DNA of 64,000 nt from Candidatus Marinacidobacterales bacterium (lineage in GTDB: Bacteria > Acidobacteriota > Vicinamibacteria > Marinacidobacterales > DATDRI01), in NCBI GenBank assembly GCA_965226495.1, contig OZ245365.1, positions 2,368,001 through 2,432,000 of the forward strand, read 5' to 3'. Positions 40,036 through 50,368 of this stretch are shown piece after piece. Numbering within the stretch: the stretch's first letter is position 1; each line of letters opens with the position of its first letter. A program made the position numbers and the translations under genes. Below the pieces are notes generated by a model. That model was given only the letters and a program-made list of their open reading frames with translations. It was not told the origin of the DNA and did no database searches.

Positions 40036-41850
40036 ATGAGCGTCGTCGTGCCTACACCCAGCACATCCGGTCGAGGCAGTCGGCCGCGCCCTGTTTTCTT
40101 GCGAGGGGTCGGTGGTGCCCCTGGTATTGCGGTGGCGCGCGCGCTGGTACTGCAACACGAAGAGGTTCCTATCTTTCGCATTCCCCTTGCCCGCCATGAG
40201 GTGGCGGCGGAATGCGACCGCGTCCAGGCCGCCAAGCGTTTGACCATGCGTCAGCTGGAAGAGATGAAAGCGCGCACCGTCGACCGGTTGGGCGAAGAAC
40301 ACGGTTACATTTTCGATGCCCAGATTTTGATGTTGGATGACCCGTTGCTGATCGACCGCGTCTTGGATGTTCTACGCAGTGAGCGCGTCAACGCGGAGTG
40401 GGCCCTCCAAACGACACTCGGTGAGTTGGGAGCAATCTTCGATAGCCTCAAGGACGACTACCTCCGCGAGCGTAAGGGAGACATCTTCGACGTTGCGGGG
40501 AGGCTGCTAAGCAACTTGACGGGTGGGCACCAAGGGCCGCAGGGAAGATTGGAACGTGACTACGTCCTCGTGTCCGATATCGTGCGACCGTCCGACCCGG
40601 GTCAGCTCGAGTGGGAGCACATCGCCGGCTTGGCAATGGAAGGCGGAAGCCGTACCTACCACACCGCGATCATCGCGCGGTCACTCGGCATTCCTTGCGT
40701 GGTGGGCATACACAACCTCATGGTCCATGTCGGACCGGGCGCGGCGCTGGTGGTCGATGGCGGAGAAGGATTGGTCATCGTGAATCCGGACCGACAGATG
40801 CTCCGGGAGTATCGGTCCAAACGTCGTAGCTATCGAACGGTGGAACGGAAGTGGAAACGACTGCAAGGCTTGCCCGCCGAGACTGTCGATGGGCATCGGG
40901 TGTCCCTCCAAGCCAACGTCGACTCTCCGGAAGAATGTGCTGTCGCTGTGGAACAGTCGGCGGACGGCATCGGCCTTTTCCGCTCGGAGTGGTTGTTGAA
41001 CCAGTCAGGTGGAAAATTTCCTGAAGAACCTGGGGAGGAAGAACAGTACGAGATCTATAGAAATCTGGCGGAACAGATGAAGCCGCTCCCGGTGATCGTG
41101 AGAACTTTCGACCTGAGCCCGGAGCCGATGCTCTGGGCGGGGGGGACTGAGGCCAACCCTGCCCTCGGCCTCAGGGCCACCCGACTCGTGCTACGCGACG
41201 ATCGCTACCGGGGCCTATTCAAAACGCAGCTCCGCGCCTTGCTCCGTGCCCGGACGCGGGGAAACGTCAAGGTGATGTTTCCTATGATTGGAGGCGTGGA
41301 TGAGTTGCGTGAGGCGCGATCCGTGCTCGAAGAGGCCAAGGAAGAGCTTCGGGCAGCCGGAGAGCACTTCGCGCCTGACCTCCCGGTAGGCGTCACCATC
41401 GAGGTGCCCTCTGCAGCCATGACCGCCGACCTTTTGGCGCGATACGCGGATTTCTTCAGCATCGGCAGTAATGATCTCATCCAGTATTGTTTGGCGGTCG
41501 ATCGAGGCAATGAGGCCGTTTCTTACCTCTACGAGCCGCTCCATCCGGCCATGCTGCGTACAATAGGGTTCGTGATCCGGTCGGCTCATCAAGCAGGAAT
41601 CCCGGTGGGCATGTGTGGAGAGATGGCAGCCGATCCATTGCTGGTTGTGATTCTGGTGGGGCTCGGCCTCGACGAGCTCTCGATGAACGCTCTTTCGATT
41701 GGCGCGGTGAAGGACCTCATCCGAAGGCTTTCGCTCGAGGAGGCCCGCGAGATCGCGAAGGAGGCCCTCGAGTTGACCACCGCCGGAGACATTGCTGATT
41801 ACGTGCGGGAAGGGGTGGCTAAACGGATTGGCAAGGGACGTTACTGGTAG
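40036..41850 (+). CDS. ptsI: PEP-protein phosphotransferase (enzyme I)
   Basis: YHTAIIARSLGIP, GIGLFRSE, NPALGLR, FFSIGSNDLIQY, CGEMA; start may be 40006. Confidence 0.96.
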   Translation: MSVVVPTPSTSGRGSRPRPVFLRGVGGAPGIAVARALVLQHEEVPIFRIPLARHEVAAECDRVQAAKRLTMRQLEEMKARTVDRLGEEHGYIFDAQILMLDDPLLIDRVLDVLRSERVNAEWALQTTLGELGAIFDSLKDDYLRERKGDIFDVAGRLLSNLTGGHQGPQGRLERDYVLVSDIVRPSDPGQLEWEHIAGLAMEGGSRTYHTAIIARSLGIPCVVGIHNLMVHVGPGAALVVDGGEGLVIVNPDRQMLREYRSKRRSYRTVERKWKRLQGLPAETVDGHRVSLQANVDSPEECAVAVEQSADGIGLFRSEWLLNQSGGKFPEEPGEEEQYEIYRNLAEQMKPLPVIVRTFDLSPEPMLWAGGTEANPALGLRATRLVLRDDRYRGLFKTQLRALLRARTRGNVKVMFPMIGGVDELREARSVLEEAKEELRAAGEHFAPDLPVGVTIEVPSAAMTADLLARYADFFSIGSNDLIQYCLAVDRGNEAVSYLYEPLHPAMLRTIGFVIRSAHQAGIPVGMCGEMAADPLLVVILVGLGLDELSMNALSIGAVKDLIRRLSLEEAREIAKEALELTTAGDIADYVREGVAKRIGKGRYW

Positions 41851-41905
41851 CTCCTGAGAGAAGAGAAAGCAAGAGAGCGAAGACAAAGATGGGGGAATCG
41901 GCAAC

Positions 41906-42265
41906 GTGACGGATCGAGTGGAGAAGCCGTGGGGTTACGAGATCATATGGGCGAAGACGGATCGCTATGTTGGAAAAGTTCTTCACATCGAGAAGGGACA
42001 CGCTCTCTCCTTGCAATACCACGAGGTGAAAGAAGAGACGATTCGGTTGAACTCCGGAAGGCTCGTGCTGGAAGTCGAAGAAGAGGGGACAGAGCGCCGG
42101 AAGATCACGCTATCGCCGGGGGACAGCTTTCACATTCGCCCCGGCACAATCCATCGCATGATCGCGGAAGAGACCTGTGACGTGCTCGAAGTATCGACCC
42201 CCGAGCTCGATGATGTCGTGCGGCTAGAAGATCGGTATGGGAGAGAGGGCACCAGCGAGGCCTAA
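41906..42265 (+). CDS. Cupin-domain protein (mannose-6-phosphate isomerase-like)
   Basis: VEKPWG, LSLQYHEVKEE, GTIHRM, EVSTPELDDVVRLEDRYGR. Confidence 0.88.
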   Translation: MTDRVEKPWGYEIIWAKTDRYVGKVLHIEKGHALSLQYHEVKEETIRLNSGRLVLEVEEEGTERRKITLSPGDSFHIRPGTIHRMIAEETCDVLEVSTPELDDVVRLEDRYGREGTSEA

Positions 42266-42441
42266 GAAAAGGGATCAAAAAACACTTGACAGATTTTCCC
42301 GGGACATTTTGAAGGCCGACCGTTCCTTCGCCTCGATCCCTTCCTCAGACGCACACAACCTCTCTAGCATCCCTTCTTTGGAATTAGGGGCTTTCCTTGT
42401 TCCAACCGCTTCGCTCTCATCTAGCACCGCGTGAGGCCACA

Positions 42442-42459
42442 GAAAAACCCGTTGCTATA
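42442..42459 (+). promoter_or_regulatory. Conserved GAAAAA-N5-TGCTATA motif upstream of the HNH gene
   Basis: GAAAAACCCGTTGCTATA, matching 853-870. Confidence 0.55.
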
Positions 42460-42461
42460 TT

Positions 42462-43550
42462 GTGAAAGAGGGGGCAACGCTCATGATAGCAAAAGTGAAG
42501 ACGTACTTTGAGAGACTCGAAAGTCTTTCGACTGAGGAGCTCGATCATTCTACCGAAAAGCTGGTCCGCGCCGAGAAACGAAACATGGCGCTTGTCATCG
42601 CTCACATCGCCGAGATGTCGAGGAGGAAGGGTCATCTCGAGCGCGGGTACAAGAGCCTCTTTGATTATTGTGTAAGACGGTTTCGCCTGAGTGAGGGCTC
42701 CGTCGCCTTGCGGATTCAGGTGGCCAACGTCGCACTACGTTTCCCGCAGATACTCGTGGCTCTGGCAGAGAACCGCTTGAGTCTCACCGTCGCCGGTTTG
42801 CTCGCACCTGTCCTCAAGGAGAGCAACATTGAGAAGCTTCTTGGGGATTGTGCGGGAATGACCAAACGGGAGGCCGAGGAGCACCTCGTCGCGCTCCGAC
42901 CGAAACCCGTATTCGTACCATCCATTCGCAAGACGCCATCTCGGCCAGCTTCGAGTTCCCCTCGGCAGGAGGCGCGCCCGGCTCCTCGCGTGTCGCCGAG
43001 TATCCTTGAGCCGGCAAAACCAGAGTTGTTCAATTTCCGCTTCGCCGCCGACCGAGAGTTCAAGGACAAGTTCGAGCGTCTGGCGGAAGTCCTAGGGGTT
43101 GAGAACCCACTGCAACACATGTCCGAGATCATGGGGCAAGCCTTGGACATCGCTCTCGAGAAGAAGGACATGAAGAGAAAGCTGGCGCGGCGGCTCAAGA
43201 AAGAGGCGAAGAGGGGACCTCGTCCGGACGAGGTCGTCACGGGTGACCAGAAAGCCAGTTCCCGCTACATCCCGTCAGCGGTACGGGAGCGTGTTCACGA
43301 AAGGGCGGCCTATCGATGCGAATTTCGTGGCCCGGACGGGACCCGGTGCCGTTCCTGAACAGGACTTCAAATCGAGCATTTGCGCCCCTTTGCCCGACAG
43401 GGCAGCCACGACGAGAGGAATCTACGCCTTCACTGCCGGCCGCACAATCGCCTAACCGCAGAGCGCACCTTCGGCGTCCAGTTCATTCAACAGAAGATCG
43501 ATGCCTGTCGGGGAAAGTCTTCGCCGAACGGCCGCCCTGACTCACCGTAG
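42462..43550 (+). pseudogene. HNH endonuclease-family gene with a premature TGA at 43356-43358
   Basis: The frame continues 64 codons past the TGA: TGLQIEHLRPFARQGSHDERNLRLHCRPHNRL (HNH core) to TAG 43550; paralog of 1-844. Confidence 0.85.
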
Positions 43551-43696
43551 TCAGCGACATTCCGCATCACCTCAGCCGTCAAGCAACCCGAGAGGTAGCA
43601 AAAAGCCTGAAGCTCAATCCGAGGGAAGCTAATCGGTACGCGGAACGCCGGCGTGACAGGCCGGGGAAAGCGTCCAAGCGGTACCAAGGGAGGAAG

Positions 43697-43744
43697 AAGG
43701 AGCCTAAGAAATCAACCAGTTAGACTCTCGGGTTTAGGCTCCTT
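43697..43744. terminator. Inverted repeat, possible terminator or element end
   Basis: AAGGAGCCTAA...TTAGGCTCCTT, 11-bp arms. Confidence 0.45.
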
Positions 43745-43809
43745 TGGAACCCGTTAGGACCGCTTCACCGCACAATTACTGCACAGGACGAAAGATCTCA
43801 GGCTTCCCT

Positions 43810-43838
43810 TGGACACTTTGCCTTTGCCCGACTAGAAT
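43810..43838 (+). promoter_or_regulatory. Putative sigma70 promoter
   Basis: TGGACA-N17-TAGAAT. Confidence 0.45.
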
Positions 43839-43876
43839 CTACTCGTTGGCTGGTGCTGACTTCCGAAAGCCAGACG

Positions 43877-46627
43877 ATGCCCCTACAACCTGGAACCAAG
43901 CTTGGCGCCTACGAGATCCTCGCCCCTATCGGTGCGGGTGGGATGGGAGAGGTGTACCGCGCGCGGGACACCAAGCTCGGTCGTGAAGTTGCGATCAAAG
44001 TCCTGCCCGAAGCCTTCGCGCAAAACGAAGAACGCCTAGCCCGCTTCGAGCGAGAAGCGCGCCTCCTCGCATCGCTGAACCATCCCAACATCGCCACTCT
44101 CTACGGCTTCGAACAATCAGACGCAGTTCACTTCCTCGTCATGGAGCTCGCCGAAGGAGAAACCCTCGCCGAACGACTCCGGCGCGGCCCTATCCCAGTC
44201 GAGGACGCCCTTCCCATCTTCAAACAGATAGCGGAAGCATTGGAGGCAGCTCACGAAAAGGGAATCATTCATCGGGACCTCAAGCCAGCGAACATCAAGG
44301 TCAGCTCCGAAGACAAAGTGAAGGTGCTGGATTTCGGGCTCGCGAAGGCGATGAGTGGAGATTCTGTGACGAGTGAGCTGTCCGAGTCGCCGACCATCAC
44401 GCGGGATGCGACAGCGACCGGAGTCATCCTGGGGACAGCGGCCTACATGAGCCCGGAGCAGGCGCGGGGCAAGGCGCTCGACAAGCGCACCGACATCTGG
44501 GCGTTCGGTTGCTGTTTGTATGAAACCCTAACAGGAAGGGCTGCTTTCTTAGGGGAAACCGTTTCCGACACCCTCGTCCGGATTCTTGAGCGGGAACCGG
44601 GTTGGGAAGCTTTGCCCGACGACACACCTCCATTCGTTCGCCTTCTGCTACATCGGTGCCTTCAGAAGGACGCCCGGGAGCGTCTCCATGACATCGCGGA
44701 CGCCCGAATCGACATCAAAGAGGCTTCTTCCGATGCCTTTGGTAACCTGTTCTCAAGAGTTTCGGTAAGTGAGGTGCCGTCAACGGGGGGCTGGGCGCCG
44801 TGGGTCGTAGCCAGCCTTCTCGCGGTGCTGACAATGGTCGCTCTCTTGGCTCCCTGGCGTACCGGGCCTAGAGAGCGGACTGTCAGCCGCTTTGCCAGCA
44901 CGCTACCAACCGGTCAAACGATGCGAGATGTCGGATTCTTCGGGTCGTCCGTGGCCCTATCACCCGACGGCAGCCAGCTCGTCTATGTGGCGCGGGAAGG
45001 GGACACGACGCTGCTTTACCGGCGGCCGATGGACTCGTTACATGCCGAGTCAGTACCGGGCACCGAGGGTGCTCGGGCGCCGTTTTTTTCCGCGGATGGG
45101 AGCTGGGTGGGTTTCTACACCCCGGGAGGACTTAGCACCGATGGAGAGTCGAAAAAAGGGTCGCTTCCCGCACGCGCGCTCATCGGTGGAGAGGTGAAAA
45201 AAGTGTCGCTTCGGGGAGGCGCGCCTTCCTCGATGTTCACCGTGCCTGACATTCCCTTTTATGGTGGGACGTGGGGGGTGGATGACACGGTCGTTTGGGG
45301 CCATGGCGCTTTTGGACTGAAGAGGGTTGCGTCGGCGGGCGGGCCCCAAGAGGAATTGAGCGGTAGACCGTACGAACAATTGCATCTGTTTCCACAGGTT
45401 CTTCCGGGAGGCGAGACGGTCTTGTTCACGATCTGGAACAGCTCGAGGGATGCAAGTATTGCGGTTCGTCACCTGGCTACAGGAGAGCAGCGGACTTTGA
45501 TCGATGCGGGCACCTGTGGCCGCTACTTGCCTACCGGTCACTTGGTCTATGCCTGGGCAGGGGAGCTGCTTGCCGTGCCTTTCGACCTCGAAGAGCTCAC
45601 GGTCGGCGGACTCCCTGTCCGAGTGCTCGAAAACGTCCTGATGGAAGAGCATCGGGGAGCCGCGCACTTCAGCCTATCCGATAACGGGTCTCTGGCCTAC
45701 GTTCCCGGTGGCTTGGTTCGAGACGAAAGCAGGCTGGTTTGGGTCGATCGCGCCGGGAATCTCGAGCCCTTGCCTTTCCCTCCGGGTGACAACACTGTAC
45801 GAGTCTCACCCGATGGCAAGCGAGTGCTGGTCAGCCGTCGCGGAATGAAAGGGCCTGGCATCGATTTATGGGTTTACGATCTGGAGCGGGGCACGCAGCG
45901 CCGACTCACGGACGAGAAAGGACTTGAGTGGTGGGGGCTATGGACTCCGGACGGCCGCAGCGTGGTGTACTCGTCCAGTCGGAACGACCCCATAATGAAC
46001 CTGTATTGGAAACCCGCAGACGGGAGCGGTGACGAGGAGATTCTCGTTGAGAGCGACTACCTCTCCTTGAACCCCTTTTCCTGGTCGGCAGACGGCGAGT
46101 TACTCGCTTTTCAGGAGCAGAACCACCCTACCACTGGGACTGACATCTGGGTGCTCGCGGATGGCGAGCCGCGTCCGTTCCTCCGGACGAAAAATGAAGA
46201 GGTCCATCCAACTTTTTCGCCCGACGGGCGATGGCTGGCCTACGTTTCGGACGAGTCCGGTCGCTGGGAAGTAAGTGTGCAGCCCTATCCCGGCCCTGGC
46301 GCTGTGACTCAGATCTCGACGGACGGCGGCTTCGAGCCGGTGTGGTCGCCGGATGGACGGGAGATCTACTACCGGCGTGAGAGTGGGGGCCAAGTGATGG
46401 CGGTATCGTTTGTTCCCGACGAGCCGTCTCCTCGTGTAGGAAAACCAAGACTTCTGTTCGAGGGACGTTACCGCGGGGGGCAACGTTATGGCCGGACATA
46501 TGATCTCGCACCCGACGGCGAGCGGTTCTTGATGATTCAGGACGGTGAGCCGCCGCCCCCGCAGCCCCAATACAACATCGTTCTCAACTGGTTCGAGGAA
46601 CTGAAGCGGCTCGTTCCGACGAACTAG
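43877..46627 (+). CDS. Ser/Thr protein kinase with TM segment and TolB-like PD40 beta-propeller
   Basis: GAGGMGEVYRARD, HRDLKPAN, DFGLAK, YMSPEQ; SPDG/TPDG repeats; C-terminal VLNWFEELKRLVP. Confidence 0.94.
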   Translation: MPLQPGTKLGAYEILAPIGAGGMGEVYRARDTKLGREVAIKVLPEAFAQNEERLARFEREARLLASLNHPNIATLYGFEQSDAVHFLVMELAEGETLAERLRRGPIPVEDALPIFKQIAEALEAAHEKGIIHRDLKPANIKVSSEDKVKVLDFGLAKAMSGDSVTSELSESPTITRDATATGVILGTAAYMSPEQARGKALDKRTDIWAFGCCLYETLTGRAAFLGETVSDTLVRILEREPGWEALPDDTPPFVRLLLHRCLQKDARERLHDIADARIDIKEASSDAFGNLFSRVSVSEVPSTGGWAPWVVASLLAVLTMVALLAPWRTGPRERTVSRFASTLPTGQTMRDVGFFGSSVALSPDGSQLVYVAREGDTTLLYRRPMDSLHAESVPGTEGARAPFFSADGSWVGFYTPGGLSTDGESKKGSLPARALIGGEVKKVSLRGGAPSSMFTVPDIPFYGGTWGVDDTVVWGHGAFGLKRVASAGGPQEELSGRPYEQLHLFPQVLPGGETVLFTIWNSSRDASIAVRHLATGEQRTLIDAGTCGRYLPTGHLVYAWAGELLAVPFDLEELTVGGLPVRVLENVLMEEHRGAAHFSLSDNGSLAYVPGGLVRDESRLVWVDRAGNLEPLPFPPGDNTVRVSPDGKRVLVSRRGMKGPGIDLWVYDLERGTQRRLTDEKGLEWWGLWTPDGRSVVYSSSRNDPIMNLYWKPADGSGDEEILVESDYLSLNPFSWSADGELLAFQEQNHPTTGTDIWVLADGEPRPFLRTKNEEVHPTFSPDGRWLAYVSDESGRWEVSVQPYPGPGAVTQISTDGGFEPVWSPDGREIYYRRESGGQVMAVSFVPDEPSPRVGKPRLLFEGRYRGGQRYGRTYDLAPDGERFLMIQDGEPPPPQPQYNIVLNWFEELKRLVPTN

Positions 46628-46784
46628 GACGCGAACCCACCGATTGGACCACCGGCCTAACGCACCAAAGCGACATTGCTAACTTGTCTTGTGGCACAGG
46701 ATTAGTGAGGCTCGTGCATCTTTTGTGCGATCGCAATCGGATGGCCGGATCCGGAAGCGTCCGACTCGTCAGGGCCCCGGCCGG

Positions 46785-46873
46785 CCCGCCTTCGTTCGCA
46801 GGCGTGTCCTCGTACCAGCGAAACTTCGGCGGGCCCCGCCGAAATTAAGTAGTCCCTACCGGCAGGAGGCGGG
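46785..46873. repeat. Nested palindromic element between convergent genes
   Basis: Outer CCCGCCTTC/GGAGGCGGG, inner TTCGGCGG/CCGCCGAA. Confidence 0.55.
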
Positions 46874-46891
46874 AGAGCGCGCTACGAGCAG

Positions 46892-47356
46892 CTAGAACGG
46901 GACGTCGTCTTCCGTCGCTTCGAACTGAGCCGGAGCCGCCGCCGGTGCCGTCTGCCCCTCCTGCCCTGCCTGTTCGGCCTGTTCCGGAGGGGCCGCAGCA
47001 AAGTCCCGACTGCCTGCCGAGTCGCCGCGCGTACCGAGCATGATGATCTGGTCGGCCTTGACCTCGGTGGTGTAGCGCTTGTTTCCATCACGGTCGTCCC
47101 AGGAGCGTGTCTGGAGTTTCCCCTCTACGTAGATCTGTCGCCCCTTCGACATGTATTCCTTGGCGATTTCCGCCAGCTTTCCCCAGGCCACAATCCGATG
47201 CCACTCGGTTCGTTCCTGTTTCTGGCCGTTCTGATCGTTCCAGGTTTCGCTGGTCGCGAGCCTCAGGTTGGCGACCGCCGTACCATCTTTGATGTACCGA
47301 ACTTCCGGATCACGTCCTAGATTTCCGACCAAAATGACCTTATTGACCCCTCTCAT
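46892..47356 (-). CDS. ssb: Single-stranded DNA-binding protein
   Basis: [21 protein letters not shown]-terminal DDVPF. Confidence 0.98.
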   Translation of the reverse strand: MRGVNKVILVGNLGRDPEVRYIKDGTAVANLRLATSETWNDQNGQKQERTEWHRIVAWGKLAEIAKEYMSKGRQIYVEGKLQTRSWDDRDGNKRYTTEVKADQIIMLGTRGDSAGSRDFAAAPPEQAEQAGQEGQTAPAAAPAQFEATEDDVPF

Positions 47357-47408
47357 ATGTAAGCTCCTTCTCTAAATCGAGTGTCCTGTATCGGTAATTG
47401 TCGAGGCT

Positions 47409-48230
47409 TTATTGCCGTAGGCTCCGCAGCATTCCCTTGGCCGCCCGGGCCGCGGGGCTCTGCGGGAAATATTCGATAACGAGCTCCAACTGCGCGATGG
47501 CATCCGCTCGACTGCCCAACGCCTCGAGAGCGACGGCCTTCTTGTAGGTCGACTCCGGCAGTTTGTTACTGTCCGGATAGAGACTCAGAACGGCGTCGAA
47601 GGCTTCGAGGGCCTGTCTATACTGCCTCTGAGCCAACAAACACTCGCCGATCCAATACTGGGCGTTGTCGGCCAAGTCGCTGTCCGGATTCGCGGCAATG
47701 AGCTCCTTGAAACCCGACACCGCGAGCGGATAACGCCCTTGCGTGTAGTCGGTATATGCCTGCTGATAGAGATCTGCCGAGCCAGCCGATGAACCAGGGA
47801 GCGGCGTGGCAACTCCTGAGGACGGTGGAGCGCCTCCTGACGAAGTGGGGCCTCCTCCTACGGGAGTCTCGGGTATCACAATCGGTTGGGTCGGCCGGAG
47901 AGAGGCCACTTCGTGCCGAAGGTTGCCCAATCGCCCGTTCGTTTCGTCGAGTCGCTCCGAGAGAACCCCTAGATTTTCTTGGACGGCGTCCAACGTTGTT
48001 CCGGTATCTACCATCGTCCGGCGAATGGAGGAATCCTGTTCGATTAGAAGCTTGGACATCCTATCGAGTGCTTGTTCCAGCCGCCCTTGGTTCGTCTGTA
48101 ATACGCTGATCTGTATTTGAAGTTGTCGCAATTCAGCCAAAATTTGATCGTGATCCTTGTCGGCGATCGCTGCGACGGGAGCGGTCAGCGTCGCTACCAA
48201 AATGAGAGATGACAATCGATTGCCGTTCAC
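47409..48230 (-). CDS. cpoB: Tol-Pal system protein CpoB/YbgF
   Basis: Signal peptide, coiled coil, TPR (LADNAQYWIGE); downstream of pal. Confidence 0.9.
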   Translation of the reverse strand: MNGNRLSSLILVATLTAPVAAIADKDHDQILAELRQLQIQISVLQTNQGRLEQALDRMSKLLIEQDSSIRRTMVDTGTTLDAVQENLGVLSERLDETNGRLGNLRHEVASLRPTQPIVIPETPVGGGPTSSGGAPPSSGVATPLPGSSAGSADLYQQAYTDYTQGRYPLAVSGFKELIAANPDSDLADNAQYWIGECLLAQRQYRQALEAFDAVLSLYPDSNKLPESTYKKAVALEALGSRADAIAQLELVIEYFPQSPAARAAKGMLRSLRQ

Positions 48231-48243
48231 CGTTCCTACCCCT

Positions 48244-48900
48244 TCACTTGGATGTAATCACGAAGTGACCGCGTCGATTGTTGGTCCATGCGGTTTCGTT
48301 GTGTCCGGGGTTGACCGGAAACTCCTTCCCATAGCTGATGGTCCTCATGCGTCCGGGAGGGACTCCGAGATTCAACAGAAAGTTCTGCGTCGCCATGGCG
48401 CGCCGTTCACCCAGCGCAAGGTTGTACTCCACCGTCCCTCTCTCGTCGCAATGACCTTCGATCAAAATCGTGACGCTCGAATGATCCAGCAGCCACTTGG
48501 CGTTGACGTCCAATCGTGCCCGTGCGTCGTTGGACAGGTGAGCGCTGTCGTAGTCGAACTGAATGTCAGCCAGCGGCCCCTGTGCGTTGATGTCTTCGAG
48601 ACTCATCGAACGAATGTCGTCGCCCGCATCGAAGCGAGTCAGGTCGGGCTCCGATCGTTCTGGTTGTGGTTCCGGCTCGGGCCCGGACGGCGGTGTTTCG
48701 TCTTGCGGAGCCGAGGGATACTGAGTTGCTGGCGGCCGGGTGTTCTTAGTACCGCAGGCGACGGTGGTGGCGAGAAGGAGCACGGCAAACGTCACGCCCC
48801 ACCACCCCAGGTTATGGAACCGGGCGGGTCGGCGGCGGCCAGTCGCGCTTTCCCTAACATTGGCAGGCTTGGCAGTCTTAGCAGGGTTGGCAGGCTTCAC
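48244..48900 (-). CDS. pal: Peptidoglycan-associated lipoprotein
   Basis: Lipobox TVAC; IEGHCDERGTVEYNLALGERRA; ISYGKE; NRR; start uncertain. Confidence 0.95.
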   Translation of the reverse strand: MKPANPAKTAKPANVRESATGRRRPARFHNLGWWGVTFAVLLLATTVACGTKNTRPPATQYPSAPQDETPPSGPEPEPQPERSEPDLTRFDAGDDIRSMSLEDINAQGPLADIQFDYDSAHLSNDARARLDVNAKWLLDHSSVTILIEGHCDERGTVEYNLALGERRAMATQNFLLNLGVPPGRMRTISYGKEFPVNPGHNETAWTNNRRGHFVITSK

Positions 48901-48969
48901 GGGCGCTCCCTCCTCTCCGTCGATATACCTCTGGGCAGAGTCTCGGTCAAATATTGCTTTATCATGGTT

Positions 48970-50352
48970 TCATTCTTCACTTTGGGCCTCGACGGCGACG
49001 GCCACCGGCCCCCACTTGGGAGTCGTGTTGTTACCGACCGAAGTCAGCCGTCGCTGGTTCGAGCCGTCTCGGTTCATGGTGAAGACCTGAGCCGAGCCGG
49101 TTCGGGTAGAAGTAAACGTGAGATGGAGACCGTTCGGAGACCAGGTAGGGCTCTCATTGCTTCCTCTACCGGTTGTCAGCTGGCGAACCTGCTTGGTTTC
49201 GAAGTTGTAAACGACGATATCGAAAGGACCCCGTTCGATTCTGGACGAGTAGGCAATCTCGCTAAATTGACGGGAGGGAGACCAGGTCGACGAGTCATTG
49301 TAGGAACCCTCGTAGGAGATGCGTCTGAGGTTGAGACCATCGGCGCCCATCACGTAGAGCTGCGGCGCCCCGGAACGGTCCGAGGTGAAGGCGATCTCCC
49401 GACCGTTGGGCGACCAACAGGGAGACGTGTCGATCGATGGATGCTCGGTCACTCGCCTCAACCCCGAACCATCGATGTTGATGACATAGATTTCCGAATT
49501 GCCGTCGCGAGTCGAGGTGAACGCGATCTGCTGGCCGTCCGGTGACCAAGAAGGAGTAAACGTCATACCGGGCCCGTTCACCAAAGCTTCTCCACGCCCC
49601 TGAAAAATGAAAGCGAGAAAAAGATCGGGACTGCTTCGTCGATAGGAGATGTAACCCAAGGCCTGCCCATCGGGAGACCAAGTAGGCGTGATGTTCAGCG
49701 AGCGGTTGGCGGTCAGAGGCCGTTGATTCTGTCCATCATAATCCATCAGGTAAATCTCTTTACTGTTTTCGCCGCGGCGGTCGCTGGAGAAGGCGATCTT
49801 CGTTCGTGCCACCCCATGGTAGTTGCCCGCCTGGAGCAGGATGTCATCGGAGATGCGATGAGCCATGGTGCGAGCCGCGGATGCAGGGCCTTCGTAGCGT
49901 TTGCCGAAGACCATTTGTTGTGCCTGAACCGCGTAGAGCCGCACCTCCGATACCAGACGATCGCGCTGGATCTCGGCGGTCCCAATGACCAAGATGTCGG
50001 TCCCGATGGATTCCCACTGATAGTAGTCGATCGTTCCCGGTGTAACGTTCCCCGCGATGATCGAGTACAACCGTTTGGGTACCAGCCGGTAAAGGGACGC
50101 ATACTCCAAATCGGTCCACACAACATTGGATAACGTGTCCGCCGCCGGCTGCGCGTCGCTTCCACGAAGTTCGAACGCAGGAAGCGCCATGTAGACGGGC
50201 CGCCCCGGGCGCGTGACGCGAAGATACCAATCCGTGTCGTTAGCCGGAGCCTGATCGATTTGTCCTGGCTCTTTGGCTTCCTGAGCTTTCTGGATCGGGC
50301 CGATCACGGCGAGCGCGGCGAGGATCGCGAAACCTAGAAAAAAAGTTCTCAT
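48970..50352 (-). CDS. tolB: Tol-Pal beta-propeller protein TolB
   Basis: TKIAFSSDR, EIYLMDYDG, PTWSPDG repeats; tol operon context. Confidence 0.95.
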   Translation of the reverse strand: MRTFFLGFAILAALAVIGPIQKAQEAKEPGQIDQAPANDTDWYLRVTRPGRPVYMALPAFELRGSDAQPAADTLSNVVWTDLEYASLYRLVPKRLYSIIAGNVTPGTIDYYQWESIGTDILVIGTAEIQRDRLVSEVRLYAVQAQQMVFGKRYEGPASAARTMAHRISDDILLQAGNYHGVARTKIAFSSDRRGENSKEIYLMDYDGQNQRPLTANRSLNITPTWSPDGQALGYISYRRSSPDLFLAFIFQGRGEALVNGPGMTFTPSWSPDGQQIAFTSTRDGNSEIYVINIDGSGLRRVTEHPSIDTSPCWSPNGREIAFTSDRSGAPQLYVMGADGLNLRRISYEGSYNDSSTWSPSRQFSEIAYSSRIERGPFDIVVYNFETKQVRQLTTGRGSNESPTWSPNGLHLTFTSTRTGSAQVFTMNRDGSNQRRLTSVGNNTTPKWGPVAVAVEAQSEE

Positions 50353-50368
50353 TTATTTGTGGTCCTCA

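Noticed and set aside
43356-43358. TGA in the HNH gene as selenocysteine (reads C-R-S-U; a TGCCC-GACA-GGGCA hairpin lies 37 nt downstream)
   Set aside because: The likely Zn ligands are already present (CEF..RC and HCRPH). From recall of the family this position is usually Arg or Thr, so CGA-to-TGA is simpler, and the hairpin does not match the GGN design of the two good candidates.
46690-46708. TGGCAC as a sigma54 promoter
   Set aside because: The -12 position reads GT rather than GC, and it points into a convergent intergenic region with no credible gene.
48157-49545. 462-aa plus-strand ORF
   Set aside because: Antisense shadow of tolB and pal with no recognisable motifs.
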